Assembly (NCBI GenBank): GCA_043228905.1
Contig: JBHGNT010000021.1
Coordinates: forward strand, 12,028,001-12,092,000
Length of the DNA: 64,000 nucleotides
Reading direction: 5' to 3'
From: Azolla caroliniana
Taxonomy: Eukaryota > Plantae > Polypodiophyta
The notes beneath the pieces were generated by a model, which was not told the origin of the DNA, did not search any database, and saw only the letters and a program-made list of their open reading frames with translations. This document shows positions 62,101-64,000 of the stretch, in pieces. The position numbers and the translations under genes are program-made. The first letter of the stretch is position 1. Each line of letters begins with the position of its first letter.

Positions 62101-63454
62101 CTTTGGCTCGGCGAACACGAGCACCCGAGCGCATGAACCGCAAACCCATCTGGAGTTGAGGATTCTGTGCTTCTTCTTCCTTCTTTTTCTTTTCTTCTGC
62201 ACTAAGTTCATCGTTTTTCCATCCTTGTACCACAGTTGCCGCCTCTGAGACGTCCAACTCATCCTCCCATTCTCTCATTTTCTTTCTCTCCTCATCTTCA
62301 GCCTGCTCAATCTTCACCCGATCCTCATAATCCTTCTTTTGCTTCTTCACTCCAAGGACTATGGTCTGGTAGAACAGCCAGAAAAAGAAGATCCCCATGA
62401 CGAACCTAAAGCCCTCGCTGCGAGTGGCTGTAGTACACCACTGATTCCACGACTCAGCCGCTTGCTGCTGCTGCAACAACTTATCACTCTGGATTTGCTT
62501 ACTTTCAGCCTCCTTCCTTATCTTCTCTTGCGATTCTTTCTCTCTCATGATTCGCAGCTTCTCCTCCCTTTCAGCCCGTATTTGCATGAGTTTCTGATTC
62601 TTCAATTCGTCTTCTTGCGCCCGTCTTTCCATCTCCAATTCATTCTTCGCCTTTCGAAGCTCCTCTAACCTAGTGTTAGTTTTCGATTTTTGTGCCTTTG
62701 CGGGTTTCTGTTTCTTCTTCTGCTGCTGCTGTTGTTGTTCCATCTTTTTGGTTTTCGATGCCAGTGCCTGGCTCCAGAATGGTATTTCGACCCCTTTCCA
62801 CGGGGCCTCAGGCACAGGCAAAGGCGGTGTGAAAGCATTGATAACATACTGCTCAAGCTTCATCTCCTTCCAAGAGCTCCAAAACCTCTCATCTCTATCT
62901 AATGGAGGGAACATTGTCCTCACCACTCTGTCATCATCTAGGACAACAAAACCCACCAGTGGTTTTTTCCTCAGAGAAGCATGGGGATGCTTTATGATGT
63001 ATTTGATCTTCCCCTGCTGATTCAAATCCAGAACCTCAGTATATGCAATCTTCTCCTCTATTAAAGGGAGACCTCGAGCCCACTCAAACCTCTCTTCCAC
63101 GGGCATCAATTCAACGACTTCTTCTCTCTTACCTGTAGGAGCTTCCTTCTTCGTTCTCTCGAGATTCTTCGTAGCCGTCGACGTCTTCCCTCCAGGGATA
63201 GGGAGGGTGAAGATGAGGGCGGCGACCGTGGCAGCCGCGCCCGCCACTTTCAACACAGTCGCGGCACGCAGGTACTCCCGCTGTTGCTTCTTCCCTTCTT
63301 CTTCCTGCAGCGCATTGCAGATAGTCAAGGGGATCCGAGGGGAGCTGCTGCTGGTGGGTGCGTGGGAGAAGAGCCGGGGAGCAGCATTGGCAGGGAACCC
63401 TAAACCTAACCCTAACCCTAACCTCAGAGAGAGAGCTGTGGGGAGGCAATCCAT
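50180..63454 (-). CDS. FTSHI2: Chloroplast inactive FtsH-like AAA ATPase FtsHi2-like, 11 exons, 935 aa. Exons: 63454-61954, 61728-61556, 61461-61360, 61239-61075, 60969-60829, 60751-60593, 60504-60419, 59930-59852, 59728-59597, 50560-50504, 50392-50180
   Basis: All introns GT-AG with consistent phase (2808 nt CDS). Transit-peptide-like N-terminus, Walker A GEPGTGKT, Walker [29 protein letters not shown]. HExxH is replaced by [16 protein letters not shown] and QLAPRAADE match recalled Arabidopsis FtsHi2. Confidence 0.92.
53603..53947. repeat. Tandem duplication 2 x 172 bp in FtsHi2 intron 9
   Basis: AGATACTCGAATGACC at 53603 and 53775; near-identical copies. Confidence 0.93.
54000..56400 (-). 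mobile_element. Decayed non-LTR retrotransposon (RTE-like RT, probable APE endonuclease remnants) in intron 9; boundaries approximate
   Basis: [10 protein letters not shown]...[21 protein letters not shown]; a GDF motif near 55980. Confidence 0.75.
56600..57110 (+). mobile_element. Copia integrase fragment in intron 9
   Basis: [44 protein letters not shown]. Confidence 0.85.
57405..58393 (+). mobile_element. Miniature LTR element (TRIM-like, gypsy-derived), 989 bp
   Basis: Short LTRs 57405-57600 and 58211-58393 (TGTG...CACA). PBS TGGTGGAGAAGCGGGG 57604-57619, PPT AGGGGGGAAA 58201-58210, ATAT on both flanks. Internal integrase remnant SPFRALYG. Confidence 0.88.
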
Positions 63455-63887
63455 GGGGATATGTGGCGTGGATGCAGGCGACGACGAGCCCTCCTCCTCC
63501 TCCTCCTCCTCCTCCCCTAATTCAGAATCAGAAGAGGAAGAGGAAGAGGAAGAGGAAGAGTGCTTCTTCCCTCCTCTCAGAGAACATTATCTAAAATCCA
63601 TGTATGTATGTTAATGTATGTATGTATGTAATATGTATTATGTACATATACATACCCATTCCCAAACTCCCACCCAAGCAAAGTCAGTCACTTAATACTT
63701 TTGAGGGTAGTGTCCAATGTCACTGGGGCTTTGGAAGCCAAGCAAGAAAGAGAGAGCAGAAACACATCATTCATGCCCTTCCTTCGGGTCATGTCCTCTG
63801 TCGGGTCTCTCCGTCCCAGCCCAGTTGATGGGGATGTTTTTACCCGAGGATGTTTCTTCAGGTCCAAGCCCCATGTCTTTGTGCCTT

Positions 63888-63912
63888 GTGTGTGTGTGTG
63901 TGTGTGTGTGTG
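63888..63912. repeat. (TG)n microsatellite upstream of FtsHi2
   Basis: Directly visible. Confidence 0.9.
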
Positions 63913-64000
63913 AAGAAATAACTTGAATGTAGGATGGGAGTAAAGTAGCGCTGCTTTTTTACCACCTCATGTTTCTTACGCTTCCTTGCACAATCGACTC

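Noticed and set aside
63207-63614. Plus-strand 135-aa ORF
   Set aside because: Antisense to FtsHi2 exon 1 and its microsatellite-rich leader.

Overview
Land-plant nuclear DNA (a seed-free plant such as a fern is plausible, but that is inference). Bases 1-37 kb are a deeply nested LTR-retrotransposon cluster. It holds one apparently intact Ty1/copia element (1104-6420, TSD GGAGT, single 1358-aa ORF), decayed relatives, three copies of a tRNA-Trp-primed Ty3/gypsy family, and three members of an Athila/Tat(OTA)-like gypsy lineage. The right part carries an L1-like LINE relic, a tandem duplication, an intronless BTB/POZ gene (At5g41330-like, 42733-44199, minus), a decayed copia with solo LTRs, and an 11-exon chloroplast FtsHi2-like gene (50180-63454, minus) with a 9-kb TE-filled intron 9. 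Two signals stand out. (1) Both OTA-like elements whose 3' end is visible lack a polypurine tract. In its place, 2 nt before the 3' LTR, is a sense copy of a tRNA-Arg 3' end ending in CCA, with a covarying hairpin inserted. The complete element therefore has inward-facing PBS-like sites at both ends, suggesting tRNA-type priming of the plus strand. (2) The tRNA-Trp gypsy family has a conserved G_GAU_UUU slippery site and a covarying stem/pseudoknot between protease and RT. tRNA and protein-family assignments come from recall, not database searches.
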